Assembly: GCF_036321535.1 (NCBI RefSeq)
Contig: NC_087436.1
Coordinates: 87,484,001-87,548,000 of the forward strand
DNA: 64,000 bases
Reading direction: 5' to 3'
Source: Camelus dromedarius
Lineage: Eukaryota
In this document: positions 1-13,369 of the stretch, piece after piece
How the letters are laid out: each line of letters opens with the position of its first letter
Numbering within the stretch: the stretch's first letter is position 1
Notes under the pieces: generated by a model
What the model was told of the DNA's origin: nothing
What the model saw: only the letters and a program-made list of their open reading frames with translations
The model's database searches: none
Made by a program: the position numbers and the translations under genes

Positions 1-172
1 TTTTGCAGGTTTTAGAGATTCCATATGATAATGTCTCAGGATTCAGAGAAATGTGGTAGAGAGTTTGTCATACAAAGTGCTGCTTCTAGCTGGAATCTTA
101 GCTCCAACAGTCAGATACTGCCAACTAGGTATCTATGTTAAATCATTCCTGGAGGGCATCTTCAATAAAACA

Positions 173-653
173 ACTGGATAAAGAAGAAGTGGTATATTTA
201 TACAATAGAATACTATTCAGCCATAAAAACCGACAACATAACGCCATTTGCAGCAACATGGATGCTCCTGGAGAATGTCATTCTAAGTGAAGTAAGCCAG
301 AAAGAGAAAGAAAAATACCATATGAGATTGCTTATATGTGGAATCTAAAAAATAAATAAGTAAATAAATACAAAACTGACTCATAGACATAGAATACAAA
401 CTTGTGGTTGCCAGGGGGACGGGGATGGGAAGAGACAGACTGGGATTTCAAAATGTAGAATAGATAAACAAGATTGTACTGTGTAGCACAGGGAAATATA
501 TACATGATCTTGTGGTGGCTCACAGCGAAAGAGAATGTGACAATGAATGTATGTATGTTCATGTATAACTGAAAAATTGTGCTCTATACTGGAATTTGAC
601 ACAACATTGTAAAATGACTGTAACTCAATAAAAAAAATGTTAAAAAAAAAAAA
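173..653 (+). mobile_element. 5'-truncated LINE-1 (end of ORF2, 3'UTR, A-tail), lineage-specific
   Basis: Near-identical to the ORF2 end at 63620-63797 ([22 protein letters not shown]); AATAAA and A-tail at about 627-653; no TSD seen. Confidence 0.93.
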
Positions 654-1169
654 GATTAGATAAGAATGCCAAAACCCATTTTAAAGCATCTATACTATAT
701 AAAGACTGCCATACATTAATTTGGGTATCAATAATAACTATTTAAGCATTAATTTACACGAAATCTCATTTTAAAGGGGTATAATTTACATTATTAAAAT
801 ATAAATAAATGTAGACAATCAGTAAGAGAAAATTAAGGGTAGGAAAATATTTGAAGGCAAGATTAGTTAACATGCAATGTACCACTGCCAGAAACAGTTA
901 AAAGAATAACGGGTCCTAAGCTCCATAGAAGCCGAAGCAAAAAGAAAAACATCCTGATGTATAAAATTCATAGAGTCCATAAACATAGAAACAGAATACT
1001 TTTTCAGTGGAAACCAGATTTTCATGGTATTAAGCCGTGAAAGTAATTTCTTCCATAATTCCTCATAAGGGACGTCTGGTCAAATTCCATTTTAGCCATA
1101 GAATCTTCCTCAACAGTTCAGTCCACTCTTTCCTTTTTCCAGATTCTTAACATGTTCATTTGTCTTTCA

Positions 1170-1460
1170 TTCTAAAAGCTTTATTGAGTCCCTGGCATTT
1201 GTGTCAGTTGCTGGGAGAGTCAATGGTTGAGCAGAACAGACTCAATTTTGCTATGGAGTTTATAGTCTGGTGAGCCAGAGAGAAACGAAGTTTTCAGAAA
1301 CCGCATAAACAAACATGTAATTATAATACACATCTGTAATATAATATATAAATAGTCATGACTGCGAACTATGATCAGTGCTAAAAAGGAAATATATGAG
1401 GTACCATGAAAACAAGTGGTTTGCTCTACCCTTAAAGGTCAGAGAACGCATGCCTGAGGA
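1170..1460 (-). mobile_element. L2 fragment
   Basis: tttattgagtcc...ggagtttatagtctggtg resembles the antisense L2 3' end. Confidence 0.55.
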
Positions 1461-1555
1461 AATGAATGCAGTTTGCTCTTGGAACACAAAAGGGTAGGCA
1501 CTATCTTATTTAATTCTATATTGACCTGTGTGGTTTTTTCCCTATTGTGTAACAG

Positions 1556-1682
1556 GGAGAGAATCTAGACTTGTTTTCCAAATTTCCCTTGGGGATGTTG
1601 GTCTCCCATATCCTTTATCCTGCGTCAGTCATGCCAGGGAGATTGCTCAAGAGACGCTCGATTCGGTCAACTGCAGCTGAAG
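1556..1682 (+). other. Candidate 127-nt exon of an unidentified transcript
   Basis: Polypyrimidine tract plus aacAG acceptor, AAG|GTGAAT donor, open frame GENLDLFSKFPLGMLVSHILYPASVMPGRLLKRRSIRSTAAE; protein not recognised. Confidence 0.25.
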
Positions 1683-2721
1683 GTGAATAGAATGTCATTT
1701 ACCACCACCACCAAAAACTCAGCAAGAAAATGTAGCTCTCTTTGGCTTCAGCTCTCAATACCTTGGACTAAGAAATGCTTTAATTGACAGGAAATTCAAA
1801 TATATCTTCCAAGCACTGTATTATTATTGCAAGTTTTTTGGAGGGGGGAGGGGATTGGAGTTCCCCTGGAGAGAAATTTAAGCTGGAGAGCTGGAAAAAC
1901 CCATGCTTTGTTACAAATTGGGACTTTCTCTTCACATGCTGTTTTTCTTCTGCTCACGGTAACTGAGATTTCAATATTCCCTCTGCAGCAAAGAACCCAG
2001 CGGCACCTGCAGACCTGTTCTCTTATTCCTACCATGACAAATTGTTAATTATTCACCTATACCATCAAATTGTTTTAACATGCCACCGAGGTCACTTGAA
2101 TGAGCCTCAACTTCTCTCGTCCCCGTGTCTCCTTTTTTCCCTCCTTCCCATCTTCCTCCCCTCCCTTCTCTTTTCTTTCCTATAACCCTTACACTCACGT
2201 CTCTCAGTCTCGAGCCCTACTCACCCCACTTCTCAGGATGTGAAAACAATAAAGCCTGATGATCAGACACTGCATCATGACTCAAAGCCTCTGGAGACCC
2301 TGTGAATCTGTGCTGGGTGACTTCACCCCTGGACTAAGGCTCTTCCTGCCTGGAGCTGCAAGAGATGGGGCTGGCCTCAGACAGTACCTGTGCGTTTGTA
2401 GGAGTCGGTCAAGGCATAGGAAGAGAAAGAAGGACTGGCAGAACAAAAGGGAACTGACGTCCCAGTCGGACATGGGAGAGGAGCAAAGAGCAAGGGAAGA
2501 CGGAAATAAGGAAACCAGTGGGAGTGGGCAGAGAGCAAGGCTGGCACCCAAAGAGAAAGCGCTCAATGGGGAATGAGTAAGGTGTAGTTAGGGAGGTTGG
2601 GTTAGAAAACAGAATTTTGAGAAATTCCCGGAGCCGGGGACATAAGAGAGAGAGCTTAGTCTTGGGCTGAGTCTGGAAGGAGGAATTGCTACTGGCGGCC
2701 CTTTGTCTGTCCAGGTGACGT

Positions 2722-2880
2722 CCCCCCCCCCCCAGCTTTATTGAGATATAATTGACTTAACAACATTGTGTAAGTTTAAGATGTAGAATGTGTTGATTTC
2801 ATACACTTGTACACTGCAAAGTGATCACCACCATAGCGTTAGCTAACCCCTCCATCATCACATCACATCACAAAACTACC
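2722..2880 (-). mobile_element. Old L1 3' end (L1MA-like)
   Basis: ctttattgagatataattgac...gtgatcaccaccatagcgttagctaac is typical of an antisense L1 3' terminus. Confidence 0.75.
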
Positions 2881-2939
2881 GTGGCAAATGTAGGGGGTAA
2901 CTGGAGAGCTCTAGATTCAGATAATTCATTTTTTCCCCG

Positions 2940-3050
2940 ATAACTCAAATTTGAATCCTGATCCTGCTTCTTAAGCTACGTGACCTCGGGTGAGCAATGT
3001 AACTTCTCTAAGCCTCATTGCCTAATCTGTAAAATGGGGAGAATAATATG
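2940..3050 (+). mobile_element. MIR SINE
   Basis: Core gtgacctcgggtgag...aagcctca...atctgtaaaatgggga. Confidence 0.75.
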
Positions 3051-3729
3051 AACCTAGAGTGGCAGGCACCCAAGAAGGGGCAGCTCTTATTATTTCTTCT
3101 TCTACTATGACTGTGATAAGAGTGTCTGGCATCTGGTAGGTACTAAATTTTGTTGTTGACTGTGGAAGGGATACATGTGCTATCTATGAACAGTCAGGAA
3201 AGTTTTTCTCATAGAACAAAGTGCACCCAATCAGTGCAGACTTTAAACAACTCCTTTCACGCACTACAAACATTGGCTGGACAATAAAGAGTTTGCTTTA
3301 AGCCTTGACAGTCCCCATGTGGCCCCAGAGCCCTGTCCTGTGCTTATTTTCCTGGACGTCCCTTTATCATACGATCGGGTTTGCTTTAGTCTGGGAGTTA
3401 CAACCTGCCAATGGAAACATCAGCATCCTCTTCTCTCTGGCCAACGAGCTACGCTGTGGAAAGGAAAACAGGCCCCTTGACCTGCACTTAGATGCAACTT
3501 TGATTTAGGGCAGCCGGGAGCTGAGAAGCTGGACCTCTGTGTTGATGGTCTCTGGGCAAAGATCACATTTCTGAGGACGTGGGTTTCTACTGACAGCATG
3601 GCAAGAAAAGCCACTGCATGTAACCTGCACTTTCTGTGACCCTGACAATGTGACTGTTAGGGCCACCCATACCAATTTGGATGACTAAAGCACGAGAAGA
3701 AGCCTTAAATAAACCAAGCAGAGATGTCA

Positions 3730-4420
3730 AAATATTAGGATGGTCAGATCCCATCTGGAATACTGTGTTGAATTCTGGAGGCCATATTTTAAACCAATAT
3801 CTTAAACTTGTGTCACAAGAGCAATAAGATGAGAAAGATAATGGTGATTTATGGACCACTGCACATGGATGTGTCAGGTACTGAATTAAGAGCTAAAAGA
3901 CACTTAATTAGCATCAGACCCTGCAATGTTCACCACAACCCCATAAGAGGGTTAGTGGGCCCCATGTGACTGATGGAAACACAAGTACTAGAGAACTATA
4001 AGTAACTTTTCCAAAGTCACAGCTAAAAAGCTATGAAGATGGGTTATAACCTCAGGTCTGTTTCACTCCAAAGTCTCTCCTTTTTACATTTATGGAGATT
4101 TGGAACATGACCTTTCAGAAGAGGCTGGAAGCGCTTGAGAATGGTTGAGATGGAGAAAAACTGACAATGAGAATACATTGCATTTGTTTTTATTTTAAGA
4201 AAAAAACCTCTTATCCTATTTAGCCACCAACCTTGATTCCAGGATGGAAGCTTCTTAGAAGCAGGTTTGACTTAATATAAGTAGGAATTCTCCAACAGCC
4301 AGAGCTGACTTACAGAAAAATGGGCAGACTTGGGCAAATTCTGAACGTCCCAGGGTATTCAGGCAATGGCCCAGTGTCCCTCTGATAAGGAATGCGTCAG
4401 GTGACGGCCAGACTATTACT
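3730..4420 (+). mobile_element. CR1/L3 LINE fragments interrupted by an antisense MIR (about 3890-4075)
   Basis: catctggaatactgtgttgaattctgg and downstream gaagaggctggaagcgcttgag...agccagagctg resemble the L3 3' region. Confidence 0.5.
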
Positions 4421-4529
4421 TCTAAGGTCTCATCAACACCAAGATCATGCAGTCCTAAACCAGCGTTCGCACTGAGTGTTACCAGCTCATGATACACACA
4501 CAACAGGCCAGCTCTTGCGTGGAGCAGTG

Positions 4530-5030
4530 TCTAAATGAGGGCTTTTCTGATCTCAAATGATAGAAGGCCCAACTCAAACCAGTCTAAGCAAAAAAATACT
4601 AAAAATGAAATAAATAAACCACTGGGGACATACTGGCTCAAGCAATTGAAGAGTCATGGGGCTGTGGATGTGGCTAGAAATACCCCTGGACCTAGGGTCA
4701 CAGTGACAGCTCCAGGATCTGATGTTCACCTTTTCATCTCTCAACTCTGCTCCATCTCTCTTCAGTGACTCTCTTCTACAGTATCAAGGTGGTTTCCAAA
4801 ATTTCTGGGGGGACTACATCCTTCTAGGTTCAAAACCAGCAGGGAAAAAAAAGTCGAGCTGAGTGCATTTGTCCCCACATTTCCGATGAGTCCTGTGATT
4901 CACTTTGACAAAACTGACTTTAGGACCTGTTGCGTCCAGAGAAAGGAGAAGGTCCAACTGGCTTGGGCCAGGCTACATGTTAACTTCCCAGAGCCCCACC
5001 TGGACCTCGCAGAGAGAAGTGGGGGAAAAG
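4530..5030 (-). mobile_element. Old MaLR LTR (MLT1-like)
   Basis: Degenerate MLT1-type motifs (aactcaaaccagtctaagcaaaa; ggcttgggccaggctacatg). Confidence 0.45.
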
Positions 5031-5277
5031 CAGATTTTTTTATTCATTCAATGAACATTATTGAGCACCTATTATGAGAATAGAACATTGTCCTGCACGC
5101 CAGTGAGGATTTGAAGATATTTTTTTAATGACTAAATTAAAGCTGTGCTTAGGACAACTGAAGATAAGGAAGATTCATTTGTACTGAATGACACTGACAA
5201 AGTGGTTTATAATCATCATTCTGCCTTCGGGTAGGAAATCTGATTTTTCTTACATTGTGAAATCTGGGGAACCTCTC

Positions 5278-5503
5278 ACTGGTTCTCAACCTGGGCAGTT
5301 TTCCTGTACCATCCCCTCCTCCTGGGGAACATGTGACAATGTCTGGAGACATCTTTGGTTGTCATAACCCAAGGAATGCTCCCGGCATCTGGTAGGTAGA
5401 GGCCAAGGTGCTGCTAACTTCCTACAACACATAGGACAACCCCTGACAACAACAAAAAAGTCCGGTCCAAAATGTCAACAGTGCTGAGGCTGAGAGACCT
5501 CGC
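5278..5503. mobile_element. MER20 (hAT-Charlie MITE)
   Basis: ggttctcaacctggg...tgtctggagacat...ggtagaggccaagg...caaaatgtcaacagtgctgaggctgaga. Confidence 0.85.
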
Positions 5504-5619
5504 TGTAACTGAAAGCGCATAAATACACATTTGCAACTGAGATGCCTCCCGGTTACAGGCACAACTCTATGGTGCTATAATAACCAGTAGCACCACAGTA
5601 ACCCTCTAAAACAGGAACG

Positions 5620-5866
5620 GCGGGGCGGGGTAAACTGGGAGTTCGGGCTTAGCAGATATGAGCGACTGTATATAAAATAGATACACAACAAGGTCCTACT
5701 GTGTAGCACAGGGAACTATATTCAGTATCTTGAAATAACCTATAATGAAAAAGAATATGAAAAGCAATATATGTATGTGTAACTGAATCACTATGCTGTA
5801 CACCAGAAACTAATACAACATTGTAAATCGGCTATACTTCAATAAATAAATAAAAATTAAAAATTA
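5620..5866 (+). mobile_element. L1 3'UTR fragment, older artiodactyl-type
   Basis: acaacaaggtcctactgtgtagcacagggaactatattc...acttcaataaa; degenerate TSD aaacaggaacg/aaacgggaatg. Confidence 0.88.
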
Positions 5867-6701
5867 AACGGGAATGAATGGCATGGCACGTCCAGGTGGA
5901 AGGAAGGGCAGAGCACCAGACCTGGGTTCCGCCTCGTGCAGAGGCACTGTTGTCAGTGCTCACAGGTGGTTGGTCACCTACTCGCTCATCCTAATTAAAC
6001 CACCCCCAGCTGGGACTCACCCCGCCTAACCTTCCAGCTTCCAAACTGATCACTCCACAGTCAGTAACCCAGAATCACTAGGAATTCATACCTGCTGGAA
6101 ACTAGCTGGTCACCTCATGCATTGCACAGTTTCTGTCAAACACACGTCTCTAATTGATCAAGAGACCTAACTTCATTTCAAAACTATTTGCTTGCCTTTC
6201 AGATGGGTGTTCCAGATGTCACAGACAGAATCCTGTTGCTGATCCAGGAACCGTGCCAAAAATATTTGCTGGCAGCCCTCCAAGGAATTGACTTCACACT
6301 CTGCAGTGGGCTAGAGTCGGCCAGTGGTCGTGTGAGGATTATGTTGAATTTGTGCTGCACAGCCAGACCTCATTGTCCAGAAATTTCATCAGCCTGCAGT
6401 GAAACTCTGCCTATACTGTTACTTTAGCAAGTGTGAAGCAGACTGGCAGACAGAAGGCTAGACCATGAAAAAAATGTGACTGATACTGTATTATTTCAAA
6501 CCCATGGAGTCTCCTGCCTTTCTGCCTCTTTCTAAGTTTGTAAAATGCTGCTGTAATAAACCAATCCACTAACAGTCAACTACATCACTTTTAGGCCATG
6601 TCTATTCAAAACATGCAACACAGTCATTTTCCTTATTCAGTTTTGTCAACAGGAAAATCAAATAAACTGTTTGACTCAATTGACATTCATTTTACTTAAA
6701 T

Positions 6702-6860
6702 TGGTGGTTCTCAATCTTGATTTTACATTGAGACCACTTATGGGGCTTTTTTAAGTCCTAGTACCCAAGCCACTCCCTGGACGAATTATGTCAGATCCCT
6801 GGAGGTGGAAACCAGGAATCAGTGTGTTTAAAGCTCCCCTTGGTGATTCTGGAGTACTCC
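6702..6860. mobile_element. MER5-family hAT MITE
   Basis: gtggttctcaa terminus and aagctccccttggtgattct internal motif. Confidence 0.7.
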
Positions 6861-8154
6861 CTGCCTGCTCGTTCATACGTCACACTTTACGGTGTGGTTA
6901 TCACAAGTGGCTCAGGGAGGGCTGCACCATCAGCATGACCTGAGCCTTAACCACTAATGAAACAAAAAGGAAGGAAAGAAAGAAGGAAGGTGGGAGGGAG
7001 GAAATTCACTTTAGACCATTGCCATAGGTTCATCATACTTGGAATTTGGGTTTCACTTAGCATAACTTCCTCTCTATTAAGAATAAACAAGTAGCTGTTC
7101 GATTCTCTCCTGCAGCAGTAACTCTGCAATGTAAAAGTGTTTTCCTAAAGTTTATGCAATTGGAAAAGAAAATCATAAACACTTCAGCCCAGATAGTGTG
7201 GCCAACACTGAGACAGATCATTTTCTGGCATTACTACTCATTTGCCCACATCAATAAAAATATTCAGTGACGGGCCACTGCAAGGTGGTGGGGGCCGGGG
7301 AGAGACTACGCCACGTCATGTTAGTCCATTTAGGGAAGCACCAATGACTTCTACACATTTAAGGCTATACGTTGGCCTTAAAAAGAGACCGAAGCTCTGT
7401 TATGAATTCTTGGCTTCTCTCGGGTCATTGGAGCCAAAAAGATGCCACCCACCTCCTTGAGCTTAGCTTTTCCTGAAACAATGGGGCATAGAGAGATGGG
7501 ATGAACGGTCTTCCTCCCTGGTACTGGAGAGTTCTCCAGTGATTAGCCTCTCTGCAGGAATAAAAACTAACCTTAAAAACTTCATAAATTCTGCCTGAGA
7601 GTTATGTTTTTCCAGGCCCAGGTTCCTAGTACAAGCTGTTTCCTGAAATTAATGACCAGCTGGAGAAATATATGTTTGGAGTCTGCATACATGCAGATTG
7701 TATATCCATCACAGGTCTACAGCCCCTTTTTCATGGGAGTGTGGTGCTTCTCACAGCCCCCGATGTCTCATCATGAAAGGTCGTCACTAAATTACTTGAT
7801 GTCATTCCCAGTGGAGACAGGAGTTCTTGATACCATTTCAGGCAGTGAGGAGAGGTGGATGGTGGGGCAGATGCAGAGAGGGCGTGGGGCAGTGGGTCTA
7901 CTCAAATGGATATTCTTATCTCCAAAGCGTGGGATTCGCAGAGTCACCAAGATGAATGGGAAGATTCAAAGGAGACGTTCGTTACATCAGTTTAACGTTT
8001 ACCCCATCAGCATTCTATGGAGTCTCTGGTATACTGTGAATTCGTTTTTATTAATTCTGAGTTTCTTGTGAATAACATCATTACACTGCACTGTTGCTTC
8101 ATGAGTTAAAAGGGTTAATATATTAAATGTAACATTTAAAATTTACTATCTTTT

Positions 8155-8339
8155 AAAAATATTTTTATTTAATTATATATATATATATTTAATTTATTAA
8201 CCAGTCTCTTTGGGGGGTGTGGGTAGGAGGGAGGTAATTAAGTTTTTATTTTATTTATTTTAATGGACGTACTGGGGACTGAACCCAGGACCTCGTTCAT
8301 GCTAAGCAAGAGCTCTACCACTGAGCTATCCCCTCCCCC
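8155..8339 (-). mobile_element. tRNA-derived SINE (Vic-1-like, camelid)
   Basis: Reverse complement reads GGGGAGGGGATAGCTCAGTGGTAGAG...GGTCCTGGGTTCAGTCCCCAGTAC with A/B boxes, ...AATTACCTCCC motif and AT-rich tail. Confidence 0.9.
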
Positions 8340-9020
8340 TAAATATACTACCAGTTTAAAAAATATTTTGATATGTCCTTTTTTTAAATGAACCCCAAAC
8401 TATGGAAGTGGTCAAGGTCTCTCTGAAATTCTGAGAGGCCATGGTAAAAGCGTGTATGTCTGGAGACGGTCAGCAGAACACTTGTACGAGAGAGAGAGGT
8501 CCTCCATGTGGCCTCCGTTCTCTGAAGCTTGGCAGGGCTGGGGGTGGGAGCTCTTTGATCACCCACTTGCTGACAGAGCCACATTTGGCTGTCCCTTGAG
8601 CTGGCATAAAGGAGGGACCGGATCCTTCTTGAGTGGTTCCTGCCCAACAGAATGCAGACAGATGCTGGGGAAGGAGGTGCCCCCAGAGGAGAAGACTGTT
8701 GGATTAACTCTCTGCCCATGGGCTGCTGTTTCACACCTTCCCTGGTGAGCACCAGAGGCTGAGTTCCAAGGAGACACAAGAAGGGCCATACCCTGAGCAG
8801 GGGAACATGCCCTAGACCTCAAGCTGAAGACTGCTAGACATGTGTCTATGGGTTTTCTCAGAGGATAGATAACTGCACAGTGAGAAATTCTTTTCAATGC
8901 TCTAGCACCACAGTCAGAGGTGTTACTGCTAATAGGAAAGGGGTAGGTACAGGTGGTTAGGCTAAATGATAAAAAAAAAAGTCAGTTCTAAATCAGTTGT
9001 AATAATAGAGCCCAGGAAGA

Positions 9021-9531
9021 TGTAGCAGTTTCCTGTTGCAGCTGAAACAAATTATCACAACCTTAGTGGCTTAAAACATCATGAATTTATTGTCTTAGCA
9101 TCCTAGAGGTCAGAATTTCAAATTGGGTCTGACCAGGCTCAGATCAAGGTGTCAACAGGACTGCATTCCTTCCAAAACTTTAGGGGAGAACCAGCTTCCT
9201 TGCCTTTCTCAGTTTCTAGACACGTGTTCCTGGGCTCATGGCCCCCTTGCTCCATCTTCAAAGCCAGCAATTTGAAGTGAGTCCTTCTCCCACAGCATCT
9301 CTCTGGTTCTGTCTTCTGATTCCCTCTTCTACTTTTACCCTTGTGATTACCTTGGGCCCACCCAGATAACCCAGGTTAACCTCCCTATTTTAAATTCAGC
9401 TGATTAGCAACCTTAATTCCATCTGCAACCTTATCTCCCCTTGCCCCCACCCACCACATAACCTAACACCTTCACAGGTCCCAGGGGCTGGGAGGTAGAC
9501 ATCTTTCGGAGATTATTATTCTGCCTCCCAC
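9021..9531 (-). mobile_element. MaLR solo LTR (MLT1D-like)
   Basis: TG...CA termini; ttagtggcttaaaaca, tccatcttcaaagccagca, gattagcaaccttaattccatctgcaacctt. Confidence 0.85.
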
Positions 9532-9844
9532 AGGTGACATGTATAATTACAATTGGAGATGAAGTAGCCTTTTACTAACAGACTTTTATTGAACACTAAT
9601 TTGCACCAGAGATGTAAACAATAGACACGAGGAGAGAAGGCAGTGTGGTAAGTAACACGATGGGGGCCTTTGCCAAGAGGAAGAAATGGCTCACTCAGCT
9701 TGGGTGGAACAGAGAAGTCCTCATGCTGAAGATGCTGTTTCTCCAAGAATCTCAATTGTTTCCACCATTTTCTTGACAATCATGTTAGAGCTACAAAAAC
9801 AAGTGGACCAATGGGCTAGTGCATCATCCCCGTTGTCACTAATA

Positions 9845-10010
9845 TTAATTGAGCATTTCCTGCAGGCCAGGAACTATGCTAAGATGCTTTACTTGTATTA
9901 GCTCATTTAACCTTCCCAACACTCCAACAAGGCACATGCTGCTATCTCTATTTAGCAGAGAAAGAAACTGAGGCCCAAAGTTTGCATAACTTGCTCCAGT
10001 TCACAGAGCT
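9845..10010 (-). mobile_element. MIR SINE
   Basis: attgagcatttcctgcaggccagg...gaaactgaggcccaaag. Confidence 0.75.
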
Positions 10011-11350
10011 ATAAAATACTCCTGCTCTTCCTCCTTCTGGTGGCTGGATTTGTCATTGGTGTGACAAACAGGCAGAAAACAGTAATGGTACTTGTAATAG
10101 TAATGGCAACTGTTCACTGAATGTTTTCTGTTTGCCAGGCACAGTACTCAGTGTTCTACATACGTTAACTCACTTAATCCCAGCAACAACATTGAGATAT
10201 AATTATTCCCACCATACTAATAAATACATCTAAACTCAAAGACATCAACTTGACCATGGTCACCTAATCAGAAAGTGGAGTTCCAGTTTGTCTAGCCTCA
10301 AACCCTGAGCTTGGGAAGAGTAAACAAGGAGATAAAATATGGCTCTGACTAATGGTTCTCAAACTTGTTTGTGCAGCAGAATCACCTAGAAGGCTTGTTA
10401 AAATCCAGATGTTTCTGATTCAGTGGGAATCTAGTTAGACCTAGAACTCTAAGCTGCAGCTGTGGTAGAAAGAACAGACAGCTTCCTTGTTCTTTCAGCT
10501 CGTCAGCTCTGTTGAACTTTGATCTCTGCCCTCAGCAATCATGTGAAAAACCATGTGAGTGATACGATCATGGATTCAGGCCTCCCAGAAACCTGGGAAA
10601 CAGTTTTATCTCAGGAAACCAATACTAAAGCCAACTCTACCCTCCCAGAACTTCTCTTGGTAACAGTGATGGGGCCATTGGTGGCTTCAAAAACTTGGGT
10701 GGTTTGTGAGGACTAAGAAAAGAGCTTGGAAAGATGACTACTTAAATAAATCATATCCTTATTTTTCTTCTTTAAAGGGTGACCATTGTCTCTTTTCAAA
10801 TGTTTCTCTTTCACGATGTACTTGAAAAAAAAAAACCAGTGCCAGAGTCTTTTGGATTTGGTGAAAGGCTAGCTTCATTTTTCCCGGAAGGAGTCCCATC
10901 CCTCTGCCAACCACCTAGTCCCCAGTGCAGCAGTAACCACTGATCACAACCCTCTGCTTGCACTTTTGGACATTCCTGGTAGACTTCTCCTTTAAGATGC
11001 TAAAATCTCCAGAAAGAGCCATTGACTCTGAGAAACTTTTTAGTTGTTAAGATATATCCACAAAATTGACTTACCGAATATTTTACTATTATCTCCTTTG
11101 GACACAAAATATATTCCTAGGAGAGTTAATCTGATAAAATAAAATAAGAGGCCAATGTCATGATTCATTAGAGAGATAATTTTTGGAGAAGTAACATCCA
11201 GGCCCTGGAGTAAGGGCTGATAAAAAAACTTGGCAAGCAGAGCCATGAGCATCAGGAAAGCCTGGTGTCTGTTATGCAAGTCTGTGAGAAAATTGAGGCT
11301 TAAGAAAAGTTAAGTCTGAGTCCCTGTTTCCTAAACATTGCAGACTTCTG

Positions 11351-11402
11351 CATGTGTGCACATGCACATGCTCGCATGCGTGCATGCGCGCACACACACA
11401 CG
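11351..11402. repeat. Alternating purine-pyrimidine tract (CA/TG/CG)
   Basis: catgtgtgcacatgcacatgctcgcatgcgtgcatgcgcgcacacacacacg. Confidence 0.85.
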
Positions 11403-11669
11403 AAGGAAGAGTGTCTTATACTCACAGATTCCTAGAAACAGGGGGTGTGTCTCCCCAAGCAGGGCCACCTGGGGAAGCACTAGATACACCAGGTGGGCGT
11501 GTGACCCAGGCTAGACCGAGCCTAGTGTCCCATCTTCCTGGTCACATGGATCTTCACCCCAGCTGGAACAACCCCAGCCCTTCCCTGGGATTTCTCTGCT
11601 GGTGCCTTCTAGGTTCTCAGAGCTGGAATAATCTAACACTTCTAAAACCCCAGTAATAAGAACTAATTC

Positions 11670-11890
11670 ATGCTGAGTGACTATTAGGTGCTGATCATAC
11701 TCTAAGCATTTTACATAGGTTATCTCGTTTAACTTGATCTTCACAACCACTCTGTAAAGGTAAGTACTGTTTGCCCTGTTACAAAAAGAGGAAACTGAGA
11801 CACAAGATAGTTCAGGCATTTGTTCGAGGTCATGACCTTATGAGTGGTAGAGCCAGGATGCTGCCTGAGGCAGTCTGACTCCTGCACCCC
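11670..11890 (-). mobile_element. MIR SINE
   Basis: ctaagcattttacat...gaggaaactgagacac...aggcagtctgactcc. Confidence 0.8.
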
Positions 11891-11999
11891 AGCTCTGAAC
11901 AATTATTGTGTATTTTCTCTGGAATTGCTGGCAGCTGTGTTCCCTGCTGTTTGAGGAAAACTGATATATGATAGAAAAGAATACTAAACTGTTTCCCAT

Positions 12000-12460
12000 T
12001 AGGAATTGTTTTCAGCTGCATATAGTAGAAAACCCAAATAACATATGCTTAAAGAGGATGTAGGGAGTTATTTTTCTCTTATACAATACAAAGTGTAGAA
12101 GAAGGCAGTCCATGGCTAGAATGCAGGGTTTCAATGTCATCTGGATGCAGGCTTTTTCTATCTTTCTTCTCCATCCATAGTGCATGGTTTCCATCATTAA
12201 GTTTGCTTCATCATCCAAGATGGCTGCTGGAGCACCAACCATTGGGTTATGATTCCAAGCAGGAAGTAGGAAGAATGTGGAAAGGGAGGAGATGGTGGTT
12301 CTATCAACAGAACCAACTCTTGAAGTTCCACTCTACAACTTTTGCTTGTCTATCAATGGTCAACCTGGACTGAAGGGAACTGGGAATATAGTCTTCAAGA
12401 TGGTATTTCTAAGGAAGAGGAGGAATATAGGAAGCAGCTCTCAAGTCTCTGTCACAAACC
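12000..12460 (-). mobile_element. Old MaLR LTR (MLT1J/K-like)
   Basis: caagatggctgctggagcacca and ttccaagcaggaag motifs. Confidence 0.65.
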
Positions 12461-13369
12461 CAGACATGTTCTAACCGCAAACTAATGAGCAAGCTTCCGT
12501 GTGTCCAACTCTCTAGCTCATATTTGCAAAACTGGGAAAAGATTTCAGTCTTCTGAACTCCAATTTATCATCACACAGAGAGCTCACCTCCTAAAAGCAG
12601 CAGCTAGTGTTGAATTTGGCATCCTTTCAACCTGAGGAAAAGCTGGCAAAATTGAGCAGAATCCACTGACATCTCCATGTTATCCTGGGGCTCATAGAAA
12701 GCCTCGTGCAAGAGAACTAGCTTATTAGAAATGAAATATGCAGGAGGATGATGCCAACTTTCTCCAGGGGCTGCCAGAGACAGCGCTGACTGACATCCCG
12801 GGCAAATCACACAAGCTGGATTTGATGTTCTCTTGAATATCTCAACCCCCGGAGGACTTAGACCACCGAATCCATTCCATAAGAACCTAATAATGCAGCT
12901 ATCAAAAGGCCCCTAGAGCATATGAGAATGCTTTGTTCACAAAGTCCAACAGCCCTCATACACAAGCAGCGAAGGTTGGACTTCTCTCTAAATTTATGAG
13001 AGCAGTGAATTTATATTATTTCATATATCATATAAAAATGGACAGTGCTGTGACATTTATAAGACCCTTTCCCTCCTGTGTTATTCTTTTCTCGATGGAT
13101 ATTCAGACATACACAGCATACTTAGACTTGACTCATTCTTTAGGAAATACATCAAGAATTCGAGAGGGAGGGCATTGCTGGTAATTAACCCTACACGTCT
13201 CTCTGTCGTTAGAAGATGGAAGAAGACAATGATTCGTCACAGATGTGCACACACCCTCTTATGCACACTCACGTGGTCTGTAAGCAGCCCTTGCCAGACG
13301 CTACACAGTTGTGGGCTTTTTGTTTGTTCATTTTTGCTTGTATGATTTTGCATGTGTTTTTCCCCTCCA

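Noticed and set aside
332..602. Recurrent small ORFs (also at 29453, 49517 and 63781) with similar translations that look like a gene family
   Set aside because: All are antisense readings of the L1 3'UTR.
660..1080. AT-rich stretch vaguely resembling an ancient LINE relic
   Set aside because: I cannot support a family assignment by eye.
6203..6427. Acceptor-like ttgcctttcAG followed by an ATG ORF
   Set aside because: No good donor and no recognisable product.
7604..8071. 155-aa ORF
   Set aside because: No recognisable domain or convincing exon structure; length is within chance expectation.
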